DNA of 64,000 nucleotides. Origin: Candidatus Oxydemutatoraceae bacterium (GTDB lineage Bacteria > Pseudomonadota > Gammaproteobacteria > Poriferisulfidales > Oxydemutatoraceae). Under the pieces are notes generated by a model, which ran no database searches, was not told where the DNA came from, and worked only from the letters and a program-made list of their open reading frames with translations. The translations under genes and the position numbers were made by a program. Shown in pieces: positions 1 through 10,209 of the stretch (its first letter is position 1; every line of letters starts with the position of its first letter). Where the stretch lies: contig CBDCOZ010000003.1 of the NCBI GenBank assembly GCA_965220085.1, positions 96,001 through 160,000 on the forward strand, written 5' to 3'.

Positions 1-147
1 GCCCCTCGTCGCGCTATCCTTCGCCTTGCGGCTCGGCTCTGCGCCTTTCCCGCAGGGGATGTGGCCGGCGCGACCACAGCGTGCGCTTAGGGATACCCTT
101 ATAATGCGGGCATCTGACCGGAGGCGGATGCGCTGATTGCAGGGGGG

Positions 148-174
148 TTGCAAATATTTTTTATGTGGTATAAT
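148..174 (+). promoter_or_regulatory. Putative sigma70 promoter (TTGCAA ... TGnTATAAT) for the first tagged gene
   Basis: TTGCAA at 148-153 and extended -10 TGGTATAAT at 166-174. The 15-nt spacer is short. RBS AGGAGG lies at about 263, before ATG 278. Confidence 0.5.
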
Positions 175-440
175 CGCCGACAGTGGGGATGTGTTTGAAC
201 CCTCATGGGATTCTGCTATTGCAAAGTGACGGCGCACACCCCCACGCTTTGCAACTAAAATTAGGAGGAAATATCACATGCAGTTTTTATCAGACCCACA
301 GGGTACACAAAACAACAATGCGGTTATGAAAATATCACATGCAGTCTTCACCGGACTCACAGGAGATCCTGGCAGTGTAGGATCATATTTATACCCCCCC
401 CCCCCCCCCCCCCCCCCTGCGCACATACGGGTGGGCAACG

Positions 441-3110
441 ATGACAGGGCGCGGTCTTTTTATGCTGGCACTGCTGGCTGTCTGCGCCCAAGCGCAGGCG
501 CAGGCCAACAATGCCGCCACTGGTAATATATCTGTCGCCTACGCCAGCGGCACTGTGCCCACCGAGGATGTGCCGATAACCGCATCTGCAAGCAACATAG
601 CCGATGACGATGGCGTGCCCGACCCGCTCAGCCTGAGCTGGCAATGGAGCCAGTCCAACGACAACGGCGTCACCTACGACGACATCACCGCCACCGCCGA
701 AAACGGCGCGAACACCGCCACCTTCACCCCCGACCAGCCTCAGTCGAACAGGCTTCTGCAGGTCTGCGCATCGTTCGCCGACAACGCAAACAACTCCGAG
801 AAGCTATGCCACCGGATAGCCACCAGGGTGGTCAATGTCAATGACCCGCCCGACAACCCCATGTTTACCGTTGGGGATCACTCAGACGGCCCTGCACTGA
901 CTGGCGCACCCGTAGAGGACACGTCCATAACACTGGGATCCCAAGGCGTAAACGATGCCGACGGCTTTAGTGATCTCAACCGTACCACATATATTTGGAG
1001 CGCCGATAATGGCGGCGACGGGGTATTCACTGAAATCAGCAGACGAACCCTGTCTTTTACACCCGGCCAGGAACATGTCGGCAGTGTCATCCGCTGCTGT
1101 CTCACCTATAGGGATGACTTTAATGTCAGGGAAAGTTTCTGCATCATGACCCCCGAGCCGGTGGTCAACGCCAACGATGCGCCGGTGGCGCAACGAAGCA
1201 GTGTCGCGGTGCGCACCGATGCCACTTCCGCCGAGCCATATACATTCAAGCCATCCGACTTTCGCTTCGCCGATGAGGATGGCGATGCGTTGGCGAACAT
1301 CCGCATAACCGGCCTGCCCACTGGCAACTCCCAGGGTGTTGGCACTCTGCTCCTGAATGGCACCGCCCTGACCAGCGGCAACCTGCCGGTCACCTTGACA
1401 GCGGATGAACTTGATGACGGCGACCTCACCTATTATCCGACAGCCGGCAATGCGGCGGTCACCACCAGCAACAGCTTGTCAGCTGGATTCTATGCCCAAT
1501 TCAGCTTCAAGGTGGAGGACGATGGCGACGATATCAGGCTGGATGGCAATGGCGAAGAGATCGAGGCCAACGTAAGCGCCAACATCGGCTCCATGAACAT
1601 CCGTTTGGCAGACACCAGCGAGCAGGTCCCCGCCGGCGGCGCGCCCGCCATCTCCCCCTCGGGCGACAGCCACCGTCAGCACACCGTGCTGACCGCCGCA
1701 TACACCGACGATACCAACTTTATAATATTTGACCGCAACGGCATAGACGAGGGCACAGTCAGGTGGCAGTGGCAACAAGCCGCTCCGGTCAATGACGCGG
1801 TCCCCGCCGAAGCCAGCAGCGCCTGGACCAACATAACCGGGGCCACCGATGCCGCCTTCGCCCTGACCCAGGCCCAGGTGGGCATGCATACCCGCGTCCG
1901 CATCACCTTTGCCGATGGCCTGGGCAATACCGAGGGCCCGTTCTATTCCGCCTCCATCACGACCACCGATGTCGCCGATGCGCCAGTGGCGCCGGGTAAC
2001 ACCATCCCGGTGGCCGCGGGCCGCAGTTATGCTTTCTCGGCGGCTGATTTTCCGTCTAGCGACGAGGACGGGGATGCCTTGGTTCACATGCGACTGAGAA
2101 GTCTGCCTGACAACGGTACGCTGTCTCTCCGCCGCCCCGCCACCGCTACTGCTTCAACTTTAACGAGCGTTCCTGTAGTAGCATTCACAAGGGAAGAATT
2201 TGAGCAACTCGGAGAAGAAGGAGGGATCGAGTTGGTCTATGCCCCTCCCGCGGCTGCCACCACGCCCACGGCGAACTATGACAGATTTACGTACAGCGTC
2301 CAAACTGGCACGGATGCGGCGCCGAGCAACGAGGCCGTCATCACCATAGCCCTGGTGTCGGCCATGCAATCAACGGCAACCGGCGCGCCGACGGTGACAG
2401 CGGTTGCCGGCGCCGCCTACGCCGAGGACACGGAATTGACCGCCTCCGTCGACGACATCAGCGATGACAACGGCATAGACCGCAGAACCCTGATGTGGCA
2501 GTGGCAATCTGCCGCCGCCCCCGCTAACGGCACCGCCCCGGCGGTCAGAGCCTACGGTGCCATCGCCGGAGCCACCGCCGCCGCCTTCACCCCGTTGCAA
2601 ACCCATGTGGGCAGATACATCCGCGTCTGCCTGACATTCACCGACGGCATAGGCGAGCGCGAGGACCCGCTCTGTTCCGACGGTGAGCGGGTTGCCAATG
2701 TCAACGATGCGCCGATGACCGAAGACAGCGAAGTGTCCGTGCCCACCATGACCACCGAGGAGATGCCCTATGCATTCAAGGCGAGCGACTTCCCGTTTGC
2801 CGACGAGGACACCGGTGACTCTCTGCAAGGTATCACCATCACCGATGCGCCGGACAAGGGCGCTTTGTTGGTAGGCGGCGAAGCGCTGTTGACATCCGGC
2901 TCGAGCAAAAACAACGTGGTGTCTGTGTCCGACATCTCCATGCTCGCTTACTACCCGGCGGCCGATGCGGAAGCGGGGCGAAACTATGACTCATTTGAAT
3001 TCACTGTCAGCGATGGCACGGAGAGCAGCGTCGCCGCGTCAATGAGCATACATCTGGGGGCCGACCTGCGCTTGCGGTTGCGCATCTTCTTGGAGGGGCC
3101 GCTGCGATAG
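441..3110 (+). CDS. Secreted Ig/cadherin-like repeat protein with C-terminal LRLRLRIFLEGPLR tag (889 aa ORF)
   Basis: Signal peptide ...LLAVCAQAQAQ. Alternating modules 'ATGAP...WQWQ...FTP.Q..VG..IRVC...CS' and 'VNDAP...FK.SDFPF.DEDGD.L...LTYYP...YDSF.F.V.D'. C24 tract at 394-417 lies between RBS-linked ATG 278 and ATG 441, which are out of frame by 1. Confidence 0.85.
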   Translation: MTGRGLFMLALLAVCAQAQAQANNAATGNISVAYASGTVPTEDVPITASASNIADDDGVPDPLSLSWQWSQSNDNGVTYDDITATAENGANTATFTPDQPQSNRLLQVCASFADNANNSEKLCHRIATRVVNVNDPPDNPMFTVGDHSDGPALTGAPVEDTSITLGSQGVNDADGFSDLNRTTYIWSADNGGDGVFTEISRRTLSFTPGQEHVGSVIRCCLTYRDDFNVRESFCIMTPEPVVNANDAPVAQRSSVAVRTDATSAEPYTFKPSDFRFADEDGDALANIRITGLPTGNSQGVGTLLLNGTALTSGNLPVTLTADELDDGDLTYYPTAGNAAVTTSNSLSAGFYAQFSFKVEDDGDDIRLDGNGEEIEANVSANIGSMNIRLADTSEQVPAGGAPAISPSGDSHRQHTVLTAAYTDDTNFIIFDRNGIDEGTVRWQWQQAAPVNDAVPAEASSAWTNITGATDAAFALTQAQVGMHTRVRITFADGLGNTEGPFYSASITTTDVADAPVAPGNTIPVAAGRSYAFSAADFPSSDEDGDALVHMRLRSLPDNGTLSLRRPATATASTLTSVPVVAFTREEFEQLGEEGGIELVYAPPAAATTPTANYDRFTYSVQTGTDAAPSNEAVITIALVSAMQSTATGAPTVTAVAGAAYAEDTELTASVDDISDDNGIDRRTLMWQWQSAAAPANGTAPAVRAYGAIAGATAAAFTPLQTHVGRYIRVCLTFTDGIGEREDPLCSDGERVANVNDAPMTEDSEVSVPTMTTEEMPYAFKASDFPFADEDTGDSLQGITITDAPDKGALLVGGEALLTSGSSKNNVVSVSDISMLAYYPAADAEAGRNYDSFEFTVSDGTESSVAASMSIHLGADLRLRLRIFLEGPLR

Positions 3111-3164
3111 CGCGAGCAATCCCATCGCAAGACTTGCGCTAACACGCTTCCTTGTGGCAAGCAA

Positions 3165-3222
3165 TACTCTCCCCTTGTGGGAGAGTCAGCGAGCTTCGCT
3201 CGCCGGAGAGGGGGAGAGTCGT
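3165..3222. repeat. REP-like palindromic element downstream of tagged genes (also about 6604-6650, 6770-6793, 9919-9940)
   Basis: Imperfect hairpin ACTCTCCCC-TTGT-GGGAGAGT plus GCGAG-CTTCG-CTCGC, repeated after three stop codons. Confidence 0.6.
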
Positions 3223-3401
3223 GGGGTGCGCACAAGGGGGTGCGCATACCTCACTAAAGGTAGGCCGCTGCGATAGCACGAGAGCCCTGCAGCGGAAAAG
3301 GGGAGTGTTGTGCGGTGCGCACGAGGGAGTGCGCCTACCCCCTTTGAGGTATGCCGCTACGGAGGTGTTGTGGAGTCGCACAAGAAGGCGAGACAGTAGA
3401 C

Positions 3402-3562
3402 TTGCAAATGATCGGCACTTTGTGGTAGAGTACATTAAATGAGGGAAACACTGAACAACTCAACTCTTGCAAAGGACTCGCACTTTGTGGTAGAGTACAT
3501 CAAATGAGGGAAACATTGAATAACTCAACTCTTGCAAAGGACTCGCACTTTGTGGTAGAGTA
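3402..3562 (+). promoter_or_regulatory. Three tandem 65-bp promoter-like units (TTGCAA-N18-TAGAGT)
   Basis: TTGCAA at 3402, 3467 and 3532, each followed by CACTTTGTGGTAGAGTAC. Confidence 0.65.
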
Positions 3563-3792
3563 CGCAGTACTAAGAGTGCTGGCACTCATTAGTACAATTT
3601 CGTTTGCTAGACAACTACGAGGAGTAAATACGATGAATCGACAATCTGCCAAAGGCACTTGCACAATGGCTCGCACTGATAGCAGAATAACTGCTACCAT
3701 AGACTGCTATAGGAGTAATACTATGAATAAACAAGTTTTTAATACTGCCCCCCCCCCCCCCCCCCCCCCTGCGCACATACGGGTGGGCAACG

Positions 3793-6396
3793 ATGACAGG
3801 CCGCGGTCTTTTTATGCTGGCACTGCTGACCGTCTGCGCCCAAGCGCAGGCACAGAACAATGCCGCCACCGGTAATATATCTGTCGCCTACGCCAGCGGC
3901 ACTGTGCCCACCGAGGATGTGCCGATAACCGCATCCGCGAGCAACATAGCCGACACCGATGGCGTGCCCGACCCGCTCAGCCTGAGCTGGCGATGGAAAC
4001 AGGTCCACCCCGTCAACAGCGCCATTACCGACATAGAGGGCGCCACCTCCGCCACTTTCACCCCCGACCAGCCCCAGGTGCGCTTTTTTCTGCGCGCCTG
4101 CGCATCGTTCACAGACAACGTCGGAAACAGCGAGGAGCTGTGCCACCAGATAGCCACCGCCGTGGCCAATGTCAATGACCCGCCCGCCCCCGTGCTTACC
4201 ATTGGAAGCGACCTGAACTCCCCTGAACTGACCGGCGCACCCAGAGAGGGCGCATCCTTAACACTGGCAGGCTCCAACATAAACGACCCCGACGGCGTCG
4301 ATGAGTTTTTCTCCCAATCCCTATGGATTTGGGACCAGGACGATGGCGGCAACGGGGTATTCGTCAATGTGCTCACATCGAGCAACGCCGCCGCATTCAC
4401 CCCGACTCAGGAACATGTCGGAAATCGCATCCGCGGCTGTATCAGGTACAGAGATGACTTTAGTGCCATGGAAAAGGCCTGCGTCACCACCCTGCCGGTG
4501 GTCAACGCCAACGATGCGCCGGTGGCGCAACTCGGCAGAGTGGCGGTGCCCGTCAACGCCACCTCCGCCGAGCCATATCCATTCAAGCCGACCGACTTCC
4601 CATTCACCGATGAGGATGGCGATGCGCTGGCGAAAGTCCAAATAACCGCACTGCCCACTGGCGGCGGCCAGGGTGGCGGCACTATGGCCAGGAATGGCGC
4701 CGCCCTGACCAGCGGCGACCTGCCGGTCACCCTGACAGTGGCGCAACTTGAGGCTGGCAACCTGACCTATTATCCGACTGCCAGCAATGCGGAGGTCACC
4801 ACCAGCAACAGATTGTCATCTGGATTCTATGCCCAATTCAGCTTCAAGGTGGAGGACGATGGCAGCGATGGCGAGGATGACAAAGTTAGCGTGGATGCCG
4901 CCACAATCAACATCCGCCTGGTATCCACCAGCCAGGCCGCCGCCGGAGGTGCGCCCGCCATCACCCCCTCGGGCGCCAGCCAACCCCAGCACACCGTGCT
5001 GACCGCCGCATACGATGACGGCACGAACTTTATAATATTTGACCGCAACGGCATAGACGAGGGCACAGTCAGGTGGCAGTGGCAGCAAGCCGCCCCGGTC
5101 GATGGCGCGGCCCCGCCGCCGACAAGCAGTGCCTGGACCAACATAACCGGGGCCACCGATGCCGCCTTCGCCCTGACCCAGGCCCAGGTGGGCATGCATA
5201 CCCGCGTCCGCATCACCTTTGCCGATGGCCTGGGCAATACCGAGGGCCCGCTCTATTCCGCCTCCATCACGACCGCCGATGTCGCCGATGCGCCGGTGGC
5301 GCCGGGCAATACCATCCCCGTGGCCGCGGGCCGCAGTTATGATTTCTCGGCGGATGATTTTCCGTTTAGCGACGAGGACGGGGATGCCTTGGTTCACATG
5401 CAATTAGTCAGTCTGCCTGACAACGGTACGCTGTCTCTCCGCCGCCCCGCCACTGCTACTGCCTCAACTTTAACGAGCGTTCCCGGAGCATTCACAAGGG
5501 ACGAATTGGAACAACTCGGAGAGGAAGGAGGGATCGAGTTGGTCTATGCCCCTCCCGCGGCTGCCACCACGCCCACGGCGAACTATGACAGATTTACGTA
5601 CAGCGTCCGAACCGGTACGGGCGCGGCGCAAAGGGATAGCAACGAGGCCGTCATCACCATAGACCTGGTACCGGCCACGCAATCAACAGCAACCGGCGCG
5701 CCGACGGTGACAGCGGTTGCCGGCGCCGCCTACGACGAGGACACGGAATTGACCGCCTCCGTCGACGGCATCAGCGATGGCAACGGCATAGACCGCAGAA
5801 CCCTGATGTGGCAGTGGCAACAGTCCGCCACTCAGGCCGGCACCTACGCCGACATCGCCGGGGCCGCCGCCGCAGCCTTCACCCCGTTGCAAGCCCATGT
5901 CAACCGATACATCCGCGTCTGCCTGACATTTGAAGATGGCATAGACACGACCGAGGGCCCGCTCTGTTCCGCTGGTGCGCGGGTTGCCAATGTCAACGAT
6001 GCGCCGACGACCAAAGACAGCGAAGTGTCCGTGCCCACCATGACCACCGAGGAGATGCCCCATGCATTTCAGAAGAGCGACTTCCCGTTTGCCGACGAGG
6101 ACGCCGACGACTCTCTGCGAAGTATCGCTATCACCAGCACGCCGACCGCAGGCATCTTGCGCGCGGGGACGACGAGAATCACCGCAAGCAATGTGCCATA
6201 CGAGGTAGAGGCAGACGACATCTCCATGCTCGCCTACTACCCGGCGGACGATGCGGAAGCGGGGCGAAACTATGACTCATTTGAATTCACTGTCAGCGAT
6301 GGCACGAAGAGCAGCGCCGCCGCGTCAATGAACATCCATCTGGGGGGCGACCTGCGCTTGCGGCTGCGCATCTTCCTGGAAGGGCCGTTGCGGTAA
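3793..6396 (+). CDS. Secreted Ig/cadherin-like repeat protein with LEGPLR tag (867 aa ORF), paralogue of 441-3110
   Basis: Same architecture as 441-3110. Probable true start is ATG 3723 (RBS AGGAGT, MNKQVFNT), separated by C22 (3748-3769) and out of frame by 1. Confidence 0.85.
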   Translation: MTGRGLFMLALLTVCAQAQAQNNAATGNISVAYASGTVPTEDVPITASASNIADTDGVPDPLSLSWRWKQVHPVNSAITDIEGATSATFTPDQPQVRFFLRACASFTDNVGNSEELCHQIATAVANVNDPPAPVLTIGSDLNSPELTGAPREGASLTLAGSNINDPDGVDEFFSQSLWIWDQDDGGNGVFVNVLTSSNAAAFTPTQEHVGNRIRGCIRYRDDFSAMEKACVTTLPVVNANDAPVAQLGRVAVPVNATSAEPYPFKPTDFPFTDEDGDALAKVQITALPTGGGQGGGTMARNGAALTSGDLPVTLTVAQLEAGNLTYYPTASNAEVTTSNRLSSGFYAQFSFKVEDDGSDGEDDKVSVDAATINIRLVSTSQAAAGGAPAITPSGASQPQHTVLTAAYDDGTNFIIFDRNGIDEGTVRWQWQQAAPVDGAAPPPTSSAWTNITGATDAAFALTQAQVGMHTRVRITFADGLGNTEGPLYSASITTADVADAPVAPGNTIPVAAGRSYDFSADDFPFSDEDGDALVHMQLVSLPDNGTLSLRRPATATASTLTSVPGAFTRDELEQLGEEGGIELVYAPPAAATTPTANYDRFTYSVRTGTGAAQRDSNEAVITIDLVPATQSTATGAPTVTAVAGAAYDEDTELTASVDGISDGNGIDRRTLMWQWQQSATQAGTYADIAGAAAAAFTPLQAHVNRYIRVCLTFEDGIDTTEGPLCSAGARVANVNDAPTTKDSEVSVPTMTTEEMPHAFQKSDFPFADEDADDSLRSIAITSTPTAGILRAGTTRITASNVPYEVEADDISMLAYYPADDAEAGRNYDSFEFTVSDGTKSSAAASMNIHLGGDLRLRLRIFLEGPLR

Positions 6397-6475
6397 TGGC
6401 AAACACACGCGCACAAGTGAGTATTGCCATTGAAGGCGGCGCCGATGGTCGGACTCAAGCCGGCGCGGCTTACGC

Positions 6476-6552
6476 CCGCGTCAATGAACATCCATCTGGG
6501 TGCCGATCTGCGCTTGCGCTTGCGCATCTTCCTGGAGGGGCCGTTGCGATAG
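6476..6552 (+). pseudogene. Orphan duplicate of the 3' tag region (MNIHLGADLRLRLRIFLEGPLR*)
   Basis: Near-copy of 6320-6396 located 156 bp downstream. Confidence 0.8.
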
Positions 6553-7113
6553 CGAGCAATCCATCGCAAGACTTGCGCTAACATGCTCCCTTGTGGCAAG
6601 CAATACTCTCCCCTTGTGGGAGAGTCAGCGAGCTTCGCTCGCTGGAGAGGGGGATAAACCACACTCCCTCTCGCACCATCCCCGAAGGCGAGACGGTAGG
6701 GAAGCAGCGATAGCAACGCCCGAACCTTTCCCCCTCACCGCATCGTCCTTCGCCTGCGGCTCGTCCTCTGCGACTCTCCCGCGAGGGGAGAGTCGTGGGG
6801 TGCGCACAAGGGAGTGACAGACAGACTTGCAAAGGACTTGTGCTTTGTGGTAGAGTAGAATACTAAGAGTACAGCACTCATTATTAAGAGTACGGTACTC
6901 ATTTATACGACTGCATTAATATGGCTACATTTACCAGACAAGACTAAACATCAGGAGGAAGACTATGATTTGTGATAGAGTGCATAGCATTAAGCGTACC
7001 AACACGCACCGTACAATCGTATTCACTAGACAAGCCATGAGGGGGGCCGCCATGAAGCAAAAAATATTTAATACCCCCCCCCCCCCCCCCCCCCCCTCGC
7101 ACTAGGGGTAGCG

Positions 7114-9864
7114 ATGATTCGGCGCTTCCTCTTGTTGCTGGTTCTGCTTGCCCTGTTTGCCGTCTACACCCAGGCCCAGGCCCGCACCGACCAGACAGCG
7201 GGTGACTTCGTAGCGCCGGTCGTCCCCCAGGCTGCGCCCATTGCCGTAGGCCCTTCGGCGCCCGTGGGGGCGCTGACCAGCGCCACCGCCGACAATCCGC
7301 ACTACTTCACGGCCAATGACTTCGGTTTTGTGGACTTCGACGGCGACCGTCTGCAAAGTGTGATCATAAAGACTCTGCCGAATCTTGGCACCCTGAGGGT
7401 AGGCGCCGCTAATGTTGTCATAGGCGCCAACAATACTGTGGCGATGATGGCCATCGCCACCCTGAACTATTACCCCCCATCGGGTCAGTCCCCGCAATCG
7501 AACTACGCCAGTTTCACCTTCAGTGTCACCGCCGGCGATGAGGAATCCAACATCGCCGCCGTCCGCATAGACCTGCGCGCAACCGCTCAGGTGGCCGCCA
7601 CCGGCATGCCCGACATAGCATCTGTGCGCTCCGGCCTGCTCAATGCCGCCCATTACGACAAGGACGAGGAGCTGTTTGGCCTGGCCATTTTCAACGGCAT
7701 CACCAACCTGCAAGTCCAACGCAGCTCAATCATCCAGAACGGCGGCGCGACCGCCTTTGCCTCCGCCGCCTTAGGCGCCATCAGCGACCACAACGGCATC
7801 GGCTCAAGCATCAGTTGGCAATGGCAACAGTCCGCTACCAGCGATGGCACATATGCGCCCGTCAGCGGTGCCAACCCAGTCAGAGTCACCACAACCATCA
7901 ACAGAATCACCCCGCGCCAGGCCCAGGTGGGCAAATACATCCGCGCCTGCGTCACCTTCAATGACCTCCACGCCACCTCCAACTCCGAGACGCTGTGTTC
8001 CGCCAGCGCCCGCATAGTGGATGGCGGCGAACGCCCTGCCGGCGGCGACAGCACCGTCAGTGTGCCGGACAACGCCAACGCCGCCAGCCCGCACCGCTTT
8101 GCCGCCGCCGACTTCCCCTTCAGCGATACGGGCGGCGATACCATCAACGGCATCCGCATAATATCCCTGCCCTCCAGGGGCACGCTGGCGGTGGCGGGCG
8201 ATACCAATGTCACCATAGCCGTCGGCACCGAACTCAGCCAGGCGCAGTTGAACGCCCTGGCCTACTACCCGGATGCCTACGCCAGCCCCGAGCCGGGCTA
8301 TGCCACCTTCACATACCGGGTACACGATAGCGGCAGCGATGACGCCACCAACACCGCCACCGGCGATTCCACCCTTACCATAGATCTGGCTCCCACCACC
8401 ACAGAACAGGTCGCCGCCAGCGGTCGCCCGGACTTTACCGGCGGCGCCACCCAGGGCCAGACCCTGAGCGCCGCCATCGGCACAGTGCGCGATGCCAACG
8501 GCATCAACCGGGATACCATCGCCTGGCAATGGTATCAAGCCCCCACCGATGCCGATGTTTTTCCCCCTACCGGCGACTTCGTCCCCATAGCGGATGCCGC
8601 AGAGGCCGAGCTTGTGCTCACCCAGGCCCAGGTGGGGCATCTTGTGCGCGTCTGCATCAGTTTCACCGACACCCACAGCGCCCCCAACCCCGAAGGCCCG
8701 CTCTGCTCCATCATCTTTTTCATACAGAACATCAACGATGCCCCCACCGGCGACGACACCATTGTGATGGTACCTGCCGCCGCCGCCGCCGCCAGCCCGC
8801 ACAACTTTGAGCGCGGCGATTTTCCATTCATGGATATAGATGGCGATGATCTGGCCGGCATCCGCATAGCCAGCCTGCCGACAGGCGGCACGCTGGTGGT
8901 GGCGGGCGATGCCAGTGTCACCATAGCCGTCGGCACCGACCTGACTCTGGCACATCTGGATGCTCTGGCCTGGTATCCCCATGACAACGCCACCCCAGGC
9001 AATGGCTACGACAGTTTCACCTACTGGGTGCGCGATGATATGGGCGGAAGCGCCTCCATCGCGCAGGACGCATCCACCCTCACGATAGATCTCATCAGCG
9101 CAACCCCGACCGCCGCCGGCGGTCAGCCCGCCATCAGCGGCGCCGCCACCCAGGGCCAAACCCTGAGCGCCGCCATCGGCACAGTGCGCGATGCCAACGG
9201 CCTGAACCCCGCGACCTTGCGTTGGCAATGGTATGCGGCCGCGCCGGACGACGGCTCGGCGCCGGCGGCGGACAGCAGCGCCTGGGCCGCCATAGCCGAT
9301 GCCACCGCCGCCGCCTTCATCCCGGCCCAGGCCCAGGTGGGCATGCACATCCGCGTCTGCGCATTCTTTATGGACAGCCACGCCACCAGCCCGGCAGCCG
9401 AAGGCGGCACCGTCGTCGCTCCCACGCTGTGCTCCGCAGCCAGTGCGCAGGTTGCCAATGTAAACGATGCGCCGATGACCGAAGACAGCGAAGTGTCCGT
9501 GCCCGCCACGGCCACTGCGATGATGCCCTATGCATTCAAGGCGAGCGACTTCCCCTTTGCCGATGAGGACGGTGACTCTCTGCAAAGTATCACCATCACC
9601 GGCATGCCGACCAAGGGCGCCTTGCGCGCGGGTACGACGATTATCACCGCAAGCAATGTGCCATACGAGGCAAGCGACATCCCCGAACTCAACTACTACC
9701 CGGAGGTGACCGAGACTGAAGTGGAAGCGGAGCGAAACTATGCCTCATTTCGATTCACTGTCAGCGATGGCATGGCGAGCAGTGCGCCTGCCACCATGAG
9801 CATACATCTGGGTGCCGACCTGCGCCTGCGCTTGCGCATCTTCCTTGAAGGGCCGCTGCGATAG
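7114..9864 (+). CDS. Secreted Ig/cadherin-like repeat protein with LEGPLR tag (916 aa ORF)
   Basis: Hydrophobic signal ending TQAQA, alternating repeat modules and the tag. Upstream ATG 7052 (MKQKIFNT) plus C23 (7074-7096) is out of frame. Confidence 0.85.
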   Translation: MIRRFLLLLVLLALFAVYTQAQARTDQTAGDFVAPVVPQAAPIAVGPSAPVGALTSATADNPHYFTANDFGFVDFDGDRLQSVIIKTLPNLGTLRVGAANVVIGANNTVAMMAIATLNYYPPSGQSPQSNYASFTFSVTAGDEESNIAAVRIDLRATAQVAATGMPDIASVRSGLLNAAHYDKDEELFGLAIFNGITNLQVQRSSIIQNGGATAFASAALGAISDHNGIGSSISWQWQQSATSDGTYAPVSGANPVRVTTTINRITPRQAQVGKYIRACVTFNDLHATSNSETLCSASARIVDGGERPAGGDSTVSVPDNANAASPHRFAAADFPFSDTGGDTINGIRIISLPSRGTLAVAGDTNVTIAVGTELSQAQLNALAYYPDAYASPEPGYATFTYRVHDSGSDDATNTATGDSTLTIDLAPTTTEQVAASGRPDFTGGATQGQTLSAAIGTVRDANGINRDTIAWQWYQAPTDADVFPPTGDFVPIADAAEAELVLTQAQVGHLVRVCISFTDTHSAPNPEGPLCSIIFFIQNINDAPTGDDTIVMVPAAAAAASPHNFERGDFPFMDIDGDDLAGIRIASLPTGGTLVVAGDASVTIAVGTDLTLAHLDALAWYPHDNATPGNGYDSFTYWVRDDMGGSASIAQDASTLTIDLISATPTAAGGQPAISGAATQGQTLSAAIGTVRDANGLNPATLRWQWYAAAPDDGSAPAADSSAWAAIADATAAAFIPAQAQVGMHIRVCAFFMDSHATSPAAEGGTVVAPTLCSAASAQVANVNDAPMTEDSEVSVPATATAMMPYAFKASDFPFADEDGDSLQSITITGMPTKGALRAGTTIITASNVPYEASDIPELNYYPEVTETEVEAERNYASFRFTVSDGMASSAPATMSIHLGADLRLRLRIFLEGPLR

Positions 9865-10209
9865 CGCGAGAACCCTCATCGCAAGACTTGCGCTAACACG
9901 CTTCCTTGTGGCAAGCAATACTCTCCCCTTGTGGGAGAGTTGGAAAGGATAAGCAACGCATACCGTCCGTACGGCGGACTTCGCCGACTCTCTCGCAAGC
10001 GAAGCGCCATGACGGCGCTCCGCAAATGCTTCTTTGCGCAGAAAAACCGCGGCGTGAATTGATGCGATTAGACCGTTCGTCAGACAATCTATGCCGCCTG
10101 TCCTATTCGGTTGGCTACAACTCCTAAAGCAGTGTTACTATCGGGCACAAGGCTGTTGACTATAGCCTTCGAGTTAGTGTTATTATCCAATGTGGAGGTG
10201 TAAATAATT

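Noticed and set aside
3066-3110. Tag as a known PEP-CTERM, GlyGly-CTERM, LPXTG, T9SS CTD or autotransporter signal
   Set aside because: It has no TM helix, beta-barrel or terminal aromatic residue, and it is only 14 aa.
3257-3285. Further tag-like remnant (GGCCGCTGCGATAGC)
   Set aside because: Only the last few codons match, so it was not counted as a tag copy.
7804-9585. Long antisense ORFs (also 22279-24300, 34187-35719, 50084-51331)
   Set aside because: They are shadow frames of well-supported genes in GC-rich DNA, with no recognisable motifs.
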